Below the pieces are notes generated by a model. That model was given only the letters and a program-made list of their open reading frames with translations. It ran no database searches and was not told where the DNA came from. This document shows, piece by piece, positions 9,206-19,590 of a DNA stretch of 64,000 bases; position 1 is the first letter of the stretch; each line of letters starts with the position of its first letter. Source of the stretch: Minisyncoccia bacterium. Its GTDB lineage: Bacteria; Patescibacteriota; Minisyncoccia; Phycocordibacterales; UBA918. Position numbers and translations under genes: made by a program. The stretch covers positions 13,079-77,078 of the forward strand of contig JBGSPE010000007.1 of assembly GCA_041738755.1 (NCBI GenBank), read 5' to 3'.

Positions 9206-9652
9206 CTCGAAGACCTAATCCGCACCCTTCCTGGCGTTATCGCCACCGAAGCTGGGTATACCGGCGGAACCAATGAGAACCCAACCTATCAAAGCCATCC
9301 CGGACACGCCGAGGCGGTCTTGATTGAATATGATGAAGAGAAAATTAGTTATCAGCAAATTCTCGATTTCTTTTTTCAAATTCATAATCCAACAACGTTG
9401 AATCAGCAGGGAAATGATCGAGGAACAGCCTATCGGTCCGCAATATTTTTTGCCACCGAAGAAGAGAAGCGCGTTGCTGAGGAGATGATTGAAATTGTGA
9501 ACGAATCAGAGCGCTGGAGTGATCCGGTAGTTACCACACTTGAGCCACTTGCTCGGTTTTGGCCAGCTGAGGATTATCACCAGGATTATCTGATTAAAAA
9601 TCCTGGCGGGTATACCTGTCACGCGATTTACTTCGATAGTTATCTGAAATAA
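9164..9652 (+). CDS. msrA: Peptide-methionine (S)-S-oxide reductase
   Basis: AGGCFWG, GHAEAV, QQGNDRGTAYRSAIF, AEDYHQDY. Confidence 0.96.
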   Translation: MIKQAVVAGGCFWGLEDLIRTLPGVIATEAGYTGGTNENPTYQSHPGHAEAVLIEYDEEKISYQQILDFFFQIHNPTTLNQQGNDRGTAYRSAIFFATEEEKRVAEEMIEIVNESERWSDPVVTTLEPLARFWPAEDYHQDYLIKNPGGYTCHAIYFDSYLK

Positions 9653-9688
9653 AAAACCGGCGGCCCCATCAGGGCCGCCGGTTTTTTA
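9651..9688. terminator. Bidirectional terminator between msrA and the helicase gene
   Basis: AAAAAACCGGCGGCCC...GGGCCGCCGGTTTTTT. Confidence 0.8.
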
Positions 9689-9693
9689 TCATC

Positions 9694-10959
9694 TTAGTGC
9701 TTCGGTACAAAGGTCAATGCTTGACCCTTTTGGGTTCCGCGGCCAGTTCGGCCGATACGGTGAACATAATCATCAAAGGTGTTTGGCAGGTCGTAGTTGA
9801 TGACGTGTGTCACGTTATCAACGTGGATACCTCGGGCCGCTACGTCGGTGGCTACCAAGACACGTGCTTGACCACTCTTGAAGTTGGTGAGTGATCGTTG
9901 TCGTTGGCCATGACTCTTATTTCCGTGGATAGATTCAGCTTTGATGCCGTGACTTGAAAGTTCATTGGCAAGCTTTTCAACACTGTGCTTCATTGAACCA
10001 AAGATAATTACACGCTTGAGTTCGTCTTTGGCAAGAAGGGCTAAGAGGCTCGTGAATTTATGAGCGTGCTCATACATGACTACGTCTTGCGCAATACTGT
10101 TTGTGACATCCTTTTTCTTGACTGAGATAGTTGTCGGCTTACGCATGAAGTCGTTGACCAACTTTTCCGCCTCGGCATTCATAGTGGCTGAGAAGAAAAG
10201 GGTTTGTCGGTTTGGTGTGACAGTACTCAAGATTCGACGCATGTCATGGATGAATCCCATATCAAGCATTCGGTCAGCTTCATCAAGCACCACGTTTGAA
10301 ATCTTGTTGGTCTTCAAGTCACCTCGTTCGATGAGGTCCAAGATTCGTCCTGGGGTACCAATCACAAAGTGATTGCCACGTCGTAGCTTCATAATCTGTG
10401 GTCGGATACTCGTACCTCCCACACAGGTGACGGCAAAGAGTTTAAAGGGAGCAGCAAATTTTCGGAATTCAGCTTCAATTTGAAGCGCTAATTCTCGAGT
10501 CGGAGTGAGGATTAACGTAACCTGATTCTTGTCTTTAAGTGTCTTTTGAATAAGGGGAAGCAAGAAGGCCGCTGTCTTACCAGTACCAGTTTGCGCGAGA
10601 CCAATTACATCTTGACCATTGGTGATCAAAGGAATGATTTGGTCCTGAATTGGTGAAGGAGTTTCGATTCCTTGTTTTTCAACTGCCATCGCAATATCTG
10701 GATGGAAACCAAAATCATTAAAGGTGTGCTTTGAGACGTACACTTCTTCAGCTACTTCAGCTGGGTTTTTATTAATGAATTGTGAGGGGTCAAAGGTTGG
10801 TTGCTTTCGGCCACCACCTCGACTGCCGCCACGGCTACTAGTTTGAGGTCGGCCACCACCGCCAAAGCGACGAGTACCACCACTTGAACGTCCAGGTTGA
10901 GCTGAACCAGAGTAAGGACGGCGTCCAGTTTGTGGACGTCGTGAGTTATTTGTTTGCAT
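9694..10959 (-). CDS. DEAD-box RNA helicase
   Basis: AQTGTGKT, PTRELA, TPGR, LDEADRMLDMGF, SAT, HRIGRTGR; RG-rich N-terminus. Confidence 0.95.
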   Translation of the reverse strand: MQTNNSRRPQTGRRPYSGSAQPGRSSGGTRRFGGGGRPQTSSRGGSRGGGRKQPTFDPSQFINKNPAEVAEEVYVSKHTFNDFGFHPDIAMAVEKQGIETPSPIQDQIIPLITNGQDVIGLAQTGTGKTAAFLLPLIQKTLKDKNQVTLILTPTRELALQIEAEFRKFAAPFKLFAVTCVGGTSIRPQIMKLRRGNHFVIGTPGRILDLIERGDLKTNKISNVVLDEADRMLDMGFIHDMRRILSTVTPNRQTLFFSATMNAEAEKLVNDFMRKPTTISVKKKDVTNSIAQDVVMYEHAHKFTSLLALLAKDELKRVIIFGSMKHSVEKLANELSSHGIKAESIHGNKSHGQRQRSLTNFKSGQARVLVATDVAARGIHVDNVTHVINYDLPNTFDDYVHRIGRTGRGTQKGQALTFVPKH

Positions 10960-11189
10960 CAAAAAATTGGTTAATGGAACTAAGAAAATTCTTAAAATTC
11001 CGGGGCGTGCAGGTAGTAAGTAATTCAGAAACCTGAATCAAGTCAGACATCTGCAGCTATTGGCCCCACACGAGTGACAAAAGCGTTCGACTATACTAAT
11101 ACAAAAAGATAATTTGTCAAATCTTGTGATGGGCCAATACTGTACGTGAGTAGTGAGTAAATTAGTAAAAACGTGCTAGCATGGCGATT

Positions 11190-11951
11190 ATGTCAGGTGA
11201 AATTGAATATATCTACGGAAAACATGCGGTTCGTGAGGTGCTTGAAATGCGTCCAGATGTTCTCCATGAGGTACACGTAGTACGAGACTTTGCTGATGCC
11301 AAAATACTAGCGTTATTGGATGGCGCAAAGGTGAGTCTTAAAGTGCTTAATGAAAAGAATCCACCCCGCGGTGTATCGTCAAAAGCGACACACCAGGGAA
11401 TTGTGGCCGGTATTCGGGCGGATAAGTTGACTATTCCGTATAAAACCTTCAAAGAAACATTGCGCGCAGAGCCACACACATCACTCCTGGTTCTCGGTGA
11501 AGTGCAAGATCCTCACAATGTTGGAGCAGTGATTCGTTCGGCAGCTGCGTTTGGTGTAGCAGGAGTACTGATTCCACCCCACAATCAAGCACCGGTGACA
11601 GGAACGGTGGTAAAGGTTTCGGCTGGAATGGCCTTTCGGATTCCTCTCGTCACTATTAGTAATGTAAATACCGCACTGCGCGATTTACAAAGTCTAGGCT
11701 TTTGGGTATATGGACTTGAGGGGAATGGTACGACAAGTACGGTCAGCGAAACATTCTCTCGTCCGAGTGTGTTTGTACTCGGTAATGAAGGCTCAGGTTT
11801 GAGAGAGAAAACGAAAGAATTATGTGATGAATTAATCTCTATTCCAATCCATCCGCAATGTGAGTCGCTCAATGCAGCAGCTGCTACAGCCATTGTGCTC
11901 GCTAGCTGGAGCGCCCAGCATCAAAGCGCTTTGTCGCCCCGTTTGAAGTAG
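11190..11951 (+). CDS. rlmB: 23S rRNA Gm2251 methyltransferase (TrmH/SpoU family)
   Basis: YGKHAVRE, HQGIVA, DPHNVGAVIRSA, GNEGSGL, SLNAA. Confidence 0.88.
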   Translation: MSGEIEYIYGKHAVREVLEMRPDVLHEVHVVRDFADAKILALLDGAKVSLKVLNEKNPPRGVSSKATHQGIVAGIRADKLTIPYKTFKETLRAEPHTSLLVLGEVQDPHNVGAVIRSAAAFGVAGVLIPPHNQAPVTGTVVKVSAGMAFRIPLVTISNVNTALRDLQSLGFWVYGLEGNGTTSTVSETFSRPSVFVLGNEGSGLREKTKELCDELISIPIHPQCESLNAAAATAIVLASWSAQHQSALSPRLK

Positions 11952-12032
11952 TGTATTATTGTTGCTATCGGCACTAGACTGATGATGTGTTACACATCCA
12001 TATTATATTTATTGTAAATTGAACTACGTATT

Positions 12033-12956
12033 ATGACCGAACCCGAAAATCAGCCAGTCACCACTCCTTCTCACGAACCTGTGGTACCTCATCCACCTGC
12101 TCCTGAAGAGCACAAGGATGCTGTTGAAACTCATGAAGCAAGTACAGAATCTGAATCAACCACCATGGAATCCACTGAGGACCATACTCACTCTAATGAC
12201 ATGGTTAGTGGTGACGAGGCTATGCCAGCTACTATGACTGAGACTAAGTCACCGATAAAGTGGCAGTACTACGCTGGAGCAGCAGTAGTGCTTGCAATTA
12301 TTATTCTTGGCGTTTTATACGCTATGGATAGGCAGGGGAGAATGAACATCCCTCTGTTTGATGGAATTGAAAACTTCGCTGCGCGACAAACAGCCGTAGC
12401 ATCAGTAAACGGCGCTGATATTTCGGAGTATGACTTCAATGTGAGTGTAGCTCAAATTACTGCTGGAGCAGAAGCCCAAGGAGCAGATTTGAGTAGTCCT
12501 GAACTACAAACACAAATCAACTCGCAGGCAATCGAAATGCTGGTGAACACAGAACTCTTAAAGCAAGAAGCTGCGCGACGAGGTATCAGTATCACTGATG
12601 AAGATGTGAGCAATCGACTAACTTCACTTGAGGAAGAGGTTGGTGGTGCAGATGTTTTGAAAGAACGAATGGCTCAATTCAATATTAACGACAAGACACT
12701 GCGACGAGATATTTTAAACGAATTGACTATTCAAGCATTACTTGACCAGGTCTTTGAAGAAACCGATATCAATGTAACAGACGAGGAAATCCAAAGTCTG
12801 TACGCTGGAGCGGGTGGTGAAGAGGCTGGACTCCCACCGCTTGAAGAAGTTCGAGAGCAAGTCATTGAACAAATCCGAGGTGGTAAGGAACAAGAAATCG
12901 TTTCAACGTTTATCGCAACTTTGCGCGAGACGGCGACGATTGAAATCCTTATCTAG
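12033..12956 (+). CDS. SurA N-terminal domain-type chaperone, membrane anchored
   Basis: Acidic disordered N-terminus, TM, VASVNG..I motif, LVNTELLKQEA. Confidence 0.75.
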   Translation: MTEPENQPVTTPSHEPVVPHPPAPEEHKDAVETHEASTESESTTMESTEDHTHSNDMVSGDEAMPATMTETKSPIKWQYYAGAAVVLAIIILGVLYAMDRQGRMNIPLFDGIENFAARQTAVASVNGADISEYDFNVSVAQITAGAEAQGADLSSPELQTQINSQAIEMLVNTELLKQEAARRGISITDEDVSNRLTSLEEEVGGADVLKERMAQFNINDKTLRRDILNELTIQALLDQVFEETDINVTDEEIQSLYAGAGGEEAGLPPLEEVREQVIEQIRGGKEQEIVSTFIATLRETATIEILI

Positions 12957-13024
12957 CTACAAATGACCACCGGCTGTACAGAGGGTACACCGGTGGTTTT
13001 TTGTTTGCTTGTTATACTACATAC

Positions 13025-14278
13025 ATGCATAAGCCGCTGAGTGCGCACGCCAGAACATTAACGTATCGAGCATCCGAACGAATGGCTGTTTTGCGTAGCT
13101 TGAGTGTTCCGGAGCGAAGTGTTGTCTTTCAAGAATTATCACCGTATGTACAACAATCCATTCTTTCTCATCTCAAAGATCAAGAGCTCGTTAACATGCT
13201 CGACAATATGGATATGGACCAGGCTGAGCGAGCGGTCGCACAAATTCCTAATGTAAAACGGCGGAAACGAGTTATTCAGCGGCTGAAAGGGGATATTCGA
13301 GAAAAGATGGATTATTTCTTACGCTTTCATCCGCAAGCATCTTTGTCACTCATTAATTTTAATTATTTATTTTTACCCAGTACTCTGACAATCGGTGAAG
13401 CTGCGGCAGTGATTGATGAACATTATGAAGAAATGGGTAAGTACCCAGAGTTGCTCGTCCACGAAAAAGGACGTTTGGTGGGGGAGGTGCCGTTTGCGGC
13501 AATGGTTCGTGAACGAAATGCCAGTCAATTAAAAAAGCACCTTCATCCAATTCCAACGATTTCATACAAGTCAGACGTTCCTGAGATTATTGAATTATTG
13601 ACGGGAACACAAAGCAAAAAAGTTGTGGTCCTTGATCATGATGAAAGTGTTCTGGGAATAATTTATGCTGATACCGTAAGGCCACTGTTTAGTGACGTAA
13701 GTTCAGAATCGCTCTATGATTTTGCTGGAGTTGATGCGAGTGAACGTGCGAGTGATGGTGTGTGGAAAAAAGTCAACGCTCGATACAAATGGTTGATTAT
13801 AAACCTCGGCACTGGTTTCCTTGCTGCCTCGGTAGTCAGTCTTTTTGAGAATACATTAAATGAGTTAGTGCTACTCGCTATTTACATGCCTATTGTAGCC
13901 GGGATGGGTGGAAACGCTGCTACCCAAACACTGGCCGTTACCGTACGAGGAATTACCATGGGAGAAATTAGTCTTGCAACTGGCCTCAAACCAGTTCTTA
14001 ACGAAGTAGGCGCTGGGTTTATTAACGGAGTCATTAACGGTGTGTTGGTGGCAATTGTTGCCGTACTATGGAATCAAAGTCCTGGTCTAGGCTTTGTAAT
14101 TGGGGTTGCCATGGTCTGCAACTTGGTAATTGCTGGTTTCTTTGGAGCATTCATTCCGTTGTTTATGAAAGCATTAGGTAAAGACCCAGCTACTTCAGCG
14201 ACGATATTTATTACTACCGCTACAGACGTATTTGGGTTCTTTATTTTCTTAGGATTGGCAACTATTATACTTCTATAG
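13025..14278 (+). CDS. mgtE: Magnesium transporter MgtE
   Basis: CBS region plus TM domain with GMGGNAATQT and DPA...ITTATDVFG. Confidence 0.9.
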   Translation: MHKPLSAHARTLTYRASERMAVLRSLSVPERSVVFQELSPYVQQSILSHLKDQELVNMLDNMDMDQAERAVAQIPNVKRRKRVIQRLKGDIREKMDYFLRFHPQASLSLINFNYLFLPSTLTIGEAAAVIDEHYEEMGKYPELLVHEKGRLVGEVPFAAMVRERNASQLKKHLHPIPTISYKSDVPEIIELLTGTQSKKVVVLDHDESVLGIIYADTVRPLFSDVSSESLYDFAGVDASERASDGVWKKVNARYKWLIINLGTGFLAASVVSLFENTLNELVLLAIYMPIVAGMGGNAATQTLAVTVRGITMGEISLATGLKPVLNEVGAGFINGVINGVLVAIVAVLWNQSPGLGFVIGVAMVCNLVIAGFFGAFIPLFMKALGKDPATSATIFITTATDVFGFFIFLGLATIILL

Positions 14279-14302
14279 ACCGAGTGATATACTAGTTTTT
14301 AT

Positions 14303-14884
14303 ATGAAAACCGCCGAACGAGTTGTCATGGTAGCTATCTTGCTGGTGTTAAGTGGGGGAGTGGCTTTTGTGTATTTCACGATGAAAGCAAATCACCAGGC
14401 TATTCTTGATGGGGTGGCGCGAGGAGATTATGAGATACCGATTGAAACGCCGCCAGCGACAACGACACCCGTTGCTGTTCCAGACAATGAAGATGTATGG
14501 CGTGAAATTTATCCCACAACCGTACCGATAACCATCGCAGACGTGTCTGTAGAGGCTTCGGTTGCGGATACATTGCCGGAACGAATTAAAGGTTTGTCCG
14601 GAACACCGTATCTGCCGATGGGCGTCGTCAAACTGTTTGCCTTTGGTGCGGCTGGTAGTCACTCGATTTGGATGAAAGATATGAATTATGCGATTGATAT
14701 TATCTGGGTTGATGAGACAGGTGTCATTGTTCACCTCGAAGAAAATATTACCCCGGAGTCGTTTCCAGAATCCTTCGGTTCGCCTACGCCGGCGTGGTAT
14801 GTAATTGAAGCAGCCGCTGGATTTGTAGCAGCTAATCAGATTGTTGCAGGAGACCAGGTGGTGCTTCCAGTTGTATTAGAATAG
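14303..14884 (+). CDS. DUF192 family protein
   Basis: N-terminal TM; VADT...KGLSG, WMKDMNYAIDIIW, YVIE. Confidence 0.85.
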   Translation: MKTAERVVMVAILLVLSGGVAFVYFTMKANHQAILDGVARGDYEIPIETPPATTTPVAVPDNEDVWREIYPTTVPITIADVSVEASVADTLPERIKGLSGTPYLPMGVVKLFAFGAAGSHSIWMKDMNYAIDIIWVDETGVIVHLEENITPESFPESFGSPTPAWYVIEAAAGFVAANQIVAGDQVVLPVVLE

Positions 14885-14920
14885 AGCTTCCATTATTGAT
14901 GTTTGTATTGTATAATGCAG

Positions 14921-15247
14921 ACACACGATGATCGCCCTTTCGGGGGAGGAAAGTCCGAACACGCCCACAGTAATGTGGAGTCTGGTAGCGGGTAACGCCC
15001 GTCCGTCATTGACGAGAGGTGCGAGCAGAGACGTCTGGAGCGAAAGCAAAGGAACTCCTTACGTAATATATTATGTAAGGAGTAGTCATTTTGGTAACAA
15101 AGTGGGTGAAACGGCTAAATCCTTACCGGCGTGCAAGGCCGTGCTTCAATATTTTATTGGAGAGAGCCGCAAGAGGTGATTGGCAACAATCACCCCAGGT
15201 ATATGGTCATCCGGGAGTAATATCCTGACAGAATTCGGCTTATGTGT
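14921..15247 (+). ncRNA. rnpB: RNase P RNA
   Basis: GAGGAAAGTCC at 14946, GGGTGAAACGGCTAAATCC..., ACAGAATTCGGCTTAT 3' signature; TATAAT upstream and terminator downstream. Confidence 0.93.
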
Positions 15248-15315
15248 ACAAAAATCACCCGTAAGGGTGTTTTTTGTTTTATGATAAGAGAACTCATCAG
15301 GTAATTATTATATTC

Positions 15316-17868
15316 ATGTCAGGAAATCTGTTTATACCAAAGACGTTTCAGAGCGATGCTACTTCTCTTAGAACATCTCCCGTGTCGCCGCAGCCAGTGT
15401 CAGCTCCCAAAGTTGATAAAGCAGGAGCTTTGCTCCAAAAAATTCTCCATTATATCCTCATTGGCTTGGCTACACTGCTTCCCGTATTTTTTATTCCCGG
15501 TCTACCTGCGTCACTGAATTTTGATAAAGCCTTCCTGGCTTTGGCGGCTGGTCTTTCGGTGGTATCAGTACTTTGTCTAACAGCACTCCGTTCAAATAAA
15601 TTTGCGACCGTGATTCCAATGGCACTCGTGCTTTTTTGGGGAGTGGTTGTTGCGGCCGTAGTGAGTGCGTTGCTGTCGGGCGATGTGCAGGATGCTTTTC
15701 GAGGTCAGGTGTTTGAACCACTAACAGCAGGATTCTTAGCGCTTATGGCACTCACGATGACAATCCCACTCGTCCTACAAAAGTCTAAAGTGATGAGTCT
15801 GCGGGTCGTGTCTGGGTTTGTGGCCGCTGTTGCAGCTGTTGTTCTGTATTCGATTGTCCGGATATTCTTTGGGGCAGGTTTTCTTTCATTGGGAAGTTTT
15901 GGTGCTGTTACCAGTTCACCGATTGGAGGGTTCAACGACTTAGCTATCTTGAGTGCCCTCTCAATTATTATTGGATTAATAACATTATTACTTTTGCCTT
16001 TACGAAAAGGACTGCAAATTGCCATTTTTATACTTACTATTTTGGCGACATTTTTGATGGCAATGGTAAACTTCTTTTACCTTTGGATTGTTGTGGGATT
16101 TTTTGGACTACTCCTTCTCGTGTACATCCTCTCTCGCAATACGCTTTTCCCTGGAACCGGAGAAGCTGACTCGACAGTTCCGCCACTCCTTACGATTGCT
16201 ACAGCTTTTGTCTGTGTCGTGAGTGTCGTATTTATTTTTGCGGGTGAGTTTGTCGGTACACAAATTTCAAATGCAACTGGTGTCAGTTACCTTGAAGTAC
16301 GTCCCTCAGCAGCAGCTACAATTGATATTGCAAAATCTGTGTACCAAGAAGACATTCTTCTGGGAATTGGTCCAAATCGATTCGCCGATGCTTGGAGTCT
16401 CTACAAAGACAGGAGCATCAACGAAACACTTTTTTGGTCAGTTGATTTCACTGCCGGATACAGCTTTATGCTGACTCTGTTTATTACCTTAGGTGTACTT
16501 GGCACAACATTACTGATTGCTTTTCAGGGTTGGTTCTTGTATCTCGGTTACCGAATGCTCTTAAAGAGTCAAAACACTGACCCGTTTTGGAATTACTTTG
16601 GGGTAGTCACGTTTGTTGGAGCGGTTTTCCTTTGGGGGATGTCATATGTCTATGTACCAAATGCTACGACATTACTACTCACTGCACTATTTACAGGATT
16701 AACCTTTGTTGCTTACCAAGCCTTGGTTCCGCAAGCAATCAAAGTTCTCCCGCTGGTTACTACTAGAAGTCGAGGGTTTGCCCTTATGACGGTGTCAATA
16801 ATTGCAATTGTGGGTTCGGTAAGTATTCTTTTTTCAGTAGGAAAGCAATACGCTGCTCAAGCTACGTTTACTCGCGCCCAGACGGCTGATTCAATTGAAC
16901 GATTTGATCAACAACTACAAGCCGCCACGATACTGTTTCCAGATGATACGTTCATTGGTTTGCGAGCCCAAGCTCGTTTAGCTCAATTACAAGAGATTGC
17001 TGCTATTGCAGAACCAACCGAACAAGATCAAGAACGGTTTGTCGCACTTGCTGAAGAAGCAATTATCTTGGCTCAAGGTGCTCTTAGCCTTGACCCAAGT
17101 AATCCTGATTTACACGCTGTACTCGGCGGTGTCTACAGTATTCTAGCGGTTGCTGGCTTAGCTGATGCAGAAGCCAGAGCCACAGCAACCTATGGTGACG
17201 CACAGTTTCGAGATCCTCTCAACCCTTCATATTCACTCATGAAAGCCTATATGGCGGTTCGACTTAACGACCTGGGGCGGGCTCGTGAAGAAATTAGTGC
17301 CGCGCTTGCTTTAAAACAAAATTACACCGAAGCACTCTTCTTACTTTCACAGCTTGATATTCAAGAAGGGAATACAGATGCGGCCATTGCTACAACTCGT
17401 CAAATTATCACCCTTGAACCTAATAACCCTACTCGGTATTACCAACTTGGTATCTTGCTCAATGCAGCCAATGATCAGGGTGGAGCAATTGCAGCCTTCG
17501 AGGCAGCTATCGCGCGAGATACAAACTTTGCGAACGCCCGCTACTTACTTGCGTTGACGTACGTTCAGGTAGGTCGACCAGAGGACGCCTTACGTGAGCT
17601 TCGGATTGTTGAAGAATCTAATCCAGATAACGCTGAACTACGTGATGTTATTGCTCAGATTCAATCAACCGGTACGGTAGCTGTTCCGCAGTCTTCAGCA
17701 CTTGAGCCGTCAGTAACTGAGGGCTCGCCTACGCAAGCAAATGGTGAAGGTGTTACGGCTGAAGAAGCTCCAGATACCGATCTTATTTCTCCAGTTAATA
17801 CACCACCAAGTAACTCAGAGCAATCGTCAACAGTCGCACCCCCAACTTCTTCGTCTGATACTGAGTAA
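15316..17868 (+). CDS. Multi-TM membrane protein (O-antigen ligase-like loop) with C-terminal TPR repeats
   Basis: About 14 TM, LLGIGPNRF motif, TPRs (LDPSNP, LEPNNP..YYQLG); upstream of murJ. Confidence 0.75.
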   Translation: MSGNLFIPKTFQSDATSLRTSPVSPQPVSAPKVDKAGALLQKILHYILIGLATLLPVFFIPGLPASLNFDKAFLALAAGLSVVSVLCLTALRSNKFATVIPMALVLFWGVVVAAVVSALLSGDVQDAFRGQVFEPLTAGFLALMALTMTIPLVLQKSKVMSLRVVSGFVAAVAAVVLYSIVRIFFGAGFLSLGSFGAVTSSPIGGFNDLAILSALSIIIGLITLLLLPLRKGLQIAIFILTILATFLMAMVNFFYLWIVVGFFGLLLLVYILSRNTLFPGTGEADSTVPPLLTIATAFVCVVSVVFIFAGEFVGTQISNATGVSYLEVRPSAAATIDIAKSVYQEDILLGIGPNRFADAWSLYKDRSINETLFWSVDFTAGYSFMLTLFITLGVLGTTLLIAFQGWFLYLGYRMLLKSQNTDPFWNYFGVVTFVGAVFLWGMSYVYVPNATTLLLTALFTGLTFVAYQALVPQAIKVLPLVTTRSRGFALMTVSIIAIVGSVSILFSVGKQYAAQATFTRAQTADSIERFDQQLQAATILFPDDTFIGLRAQARLAQLQEIAAIAEPTEQDQERFVALAEEAIILAQGALSLDPSNPDLHAVLGGVYSILAVAGLADAEARATATYGDAQFRDPLNPSYSLMKAYMAVRLNDLGRAREEISAALALKQNYTEALFLLSQLDIQEGNTDAAIATTRQIITLEPNNPTRYYQLGILLNAANDQGGAIAAFEAAIARDTNFANARYLLALTYVQVGRPEDALRELRIVEESNPDNAELRDVIAQIQSTGTVAVPQSSALEPSVTEGSPTQANGEGVTAEEAPDTDLISPVNTPPSNSEQSSTVAPPTSSSDTE

Positions 17869-17876
17869 TACCTAGT

Positions 17877-19553
17877 ATGGTTCGGCGAGTCTTTAATTTT
17901 ATGTACAAGGAAGTACGCGGCTTACACCAAGCTGCGTATATTCTTGCCTTATTTGCCATCGGTTCACAAATATTAGCCGTCGTGCGAGATAGGCTTTTGG
18001 CTCATATGTTCGGCGCAGGACCTGAGCTTGACCTGTACTACGCTGCGTTTCGAATCCCAGATTTGTTGTATGTGCTCTTTGCGTCTGTACTCTCAGTATA
18101 TGTACTACTTCCGTTTGTCAGTCGGTACACAGAGCAAGTTAATAGCGCAGCCGGCGCTCGTGTTATCTCGCAAGTGTTTTCACTGTTCTTGATAGTGTAC
18201 AGCCTTGTAGCGCTAGGACTTTTTATTGCTGCTCCATTTGTCGCCCCAGTACTTTTCCCCGGCTTTATGGAGCAGATGGGAGAGCTGGTGTTACTGATGA
18301 GAATACTACTGTTACAAGTATTTTTCCTCGGCCTCTCTAGTTTATGTGGAGTCGTGACACAAATCAGTCACCGCTTTGTGCTCTACGCCATTAGTCCGCT
18401 TTTATATAACATCAGTATTATTTTCGGTATTATTTTCCTCTTTCCTTGGTTTGGTTTGGTTGGATTGGTCGTTGGTGTGGTGGTCGGGGCTCTCGGACAT
18501 CTCCTTATTCAAATACCCTTTGTACTGAAGAGTGAGTATCGGTTCGGTTTCTTTTTCGCGTTTGATTGGAAATTACTCCGAGAAGTATTGTGGGTATCTA
18601 TCCCTCGAGCATTTACGCTCTCAATAAACCAAATTGTTTTACTTATTCTTATTGGAGTGGCGAGTACGATGGCGGCAGGTTCTGTCTCAGTATTTCAGTT
18701 CGCTTTTAATCTCCAGTCAGTACCATTGGCAATTGTAGGGATGAGTTATTCAGTAGCTGCGTTTCCAACCCTTTCGACGCTCTTGGCAAAAAATGATATT
18801 AAGGAATTTAATCTTCAGTTATTAACTGCACTACGACACATAATTTTTTGGTCTGTTCCTATTATCGTATTAATAATCGTGCTGCGTGCTCAGATTGTCC
18901 GAGTCTTGCTCGGTACAGGATCATTTGATTGGGCTGATACGAGACTCACAGCAGCTGCCCTGGCAGTGTTTGTCGTTTCACTTGTTGCACAATGTGCGCT
19001 CTTGCTGTTAATACGCGCTTTCTACGCTGGGGGAAGAGCATTCACACCATTGTTTGTTTCGCTTGGTACGGCCGTAGTATCAATTGCTTTGGCACTATGG
19101 CTCCGTACTCTCTATGTAGCTAATAGTGACTTTCAATTCTTTGTCACTGATCTGTTCCGTCTCGAAGGAGTACCAGGAACAGAAGTTCTCATGCTCGCAG
19201 TCGCCTTTGTGTGTGGACAGCTTCTACAACTAACGATTCTATTCATCGTTTCTGAACGTGTCTTTGGGATTAATTATCGACCATTATGGAGACTCTTCTT
19301 TCAATCATGCGCGGCTGGAATTGCTGGTGGCGTCTCGGCATATGCAGCACTTATTTTTGTGGTTGACGGTATTAATCAAAACACGTTCATCGGGATTTCT
19401 CTCCAAGGCCTCGTAGCTGGTTTGATGGGTGTGACAGCTGTTATATTAGTATATCGATTATTCAACTCTCCTGAGCTCTTTGAAATTTACCGTTCATTCC
19501 ATTCGCGAATCTTTAAAACTGATGTGATTGCACCGCAACCAGATAGCCTCTAG
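17877..19553 (+). CDS. murJ: Lipid II flippase MurJ
   Basis: RDRLLAHMFGAG..LDLYYAAFRIPDLL, PLAIVGMSYSVAAFP. Confidence 0.9.
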   Translation: MVRRVFNFMYKEVRGLHQAAYILALFAIGSQILAVVRDRLLAHMFGAGPELDLYYAAFRIPDLLYVLFASVLSVYVLLPFVSRYTEQVNSAAGARVISQVFSLFLIVYSLVALGLFIAAPFVAPVLFPGFMEQMGELVLLMRILLLQVFFLGLSSLCGVVTQISHRFVLYAISPLLYNISIIFGIIFLFPWFGLVGLVVGVVVGALGHLLIQIPFVLKSEYRFGFFFAFDWKLLREVLWVSIPRAFTLSINQIVLLILIGVASTMAAGSVSVFQFAFNLQSVPLAIVGMSYSVAAFPTLSTLLAKNDIKEFNLQLLTALRHIIFWSVPIIVLIIVLRAQIVRVLLGTGSFDWADTRLTAAALAVFVVSLVAQCALLLLIRAFYAGGRAFTPLFVSLGTAVVSIALALWLRTLYVANSDFQFFVTDLFRLEGVPGTEVLMLAVAFVCGQLLQLTILFIVSERVFGINYRPLWRLFFQSCAAGIAGGVSAYAALIFVVDGINQNTFIGISLQGLVAGLMGVTAVILVYRLFNSPELFEIYRSFHSRIFKTDVIAPQPDSL

Positions 19554-19590
19554 TTTTTTTCTGGTTCTAAGGTAGAGTAGTGCAACACGT

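Noticed and set aside
14928-15179. 83-aa ORF in the track
   Set aside because: It lies inside the RNase P RNA gene
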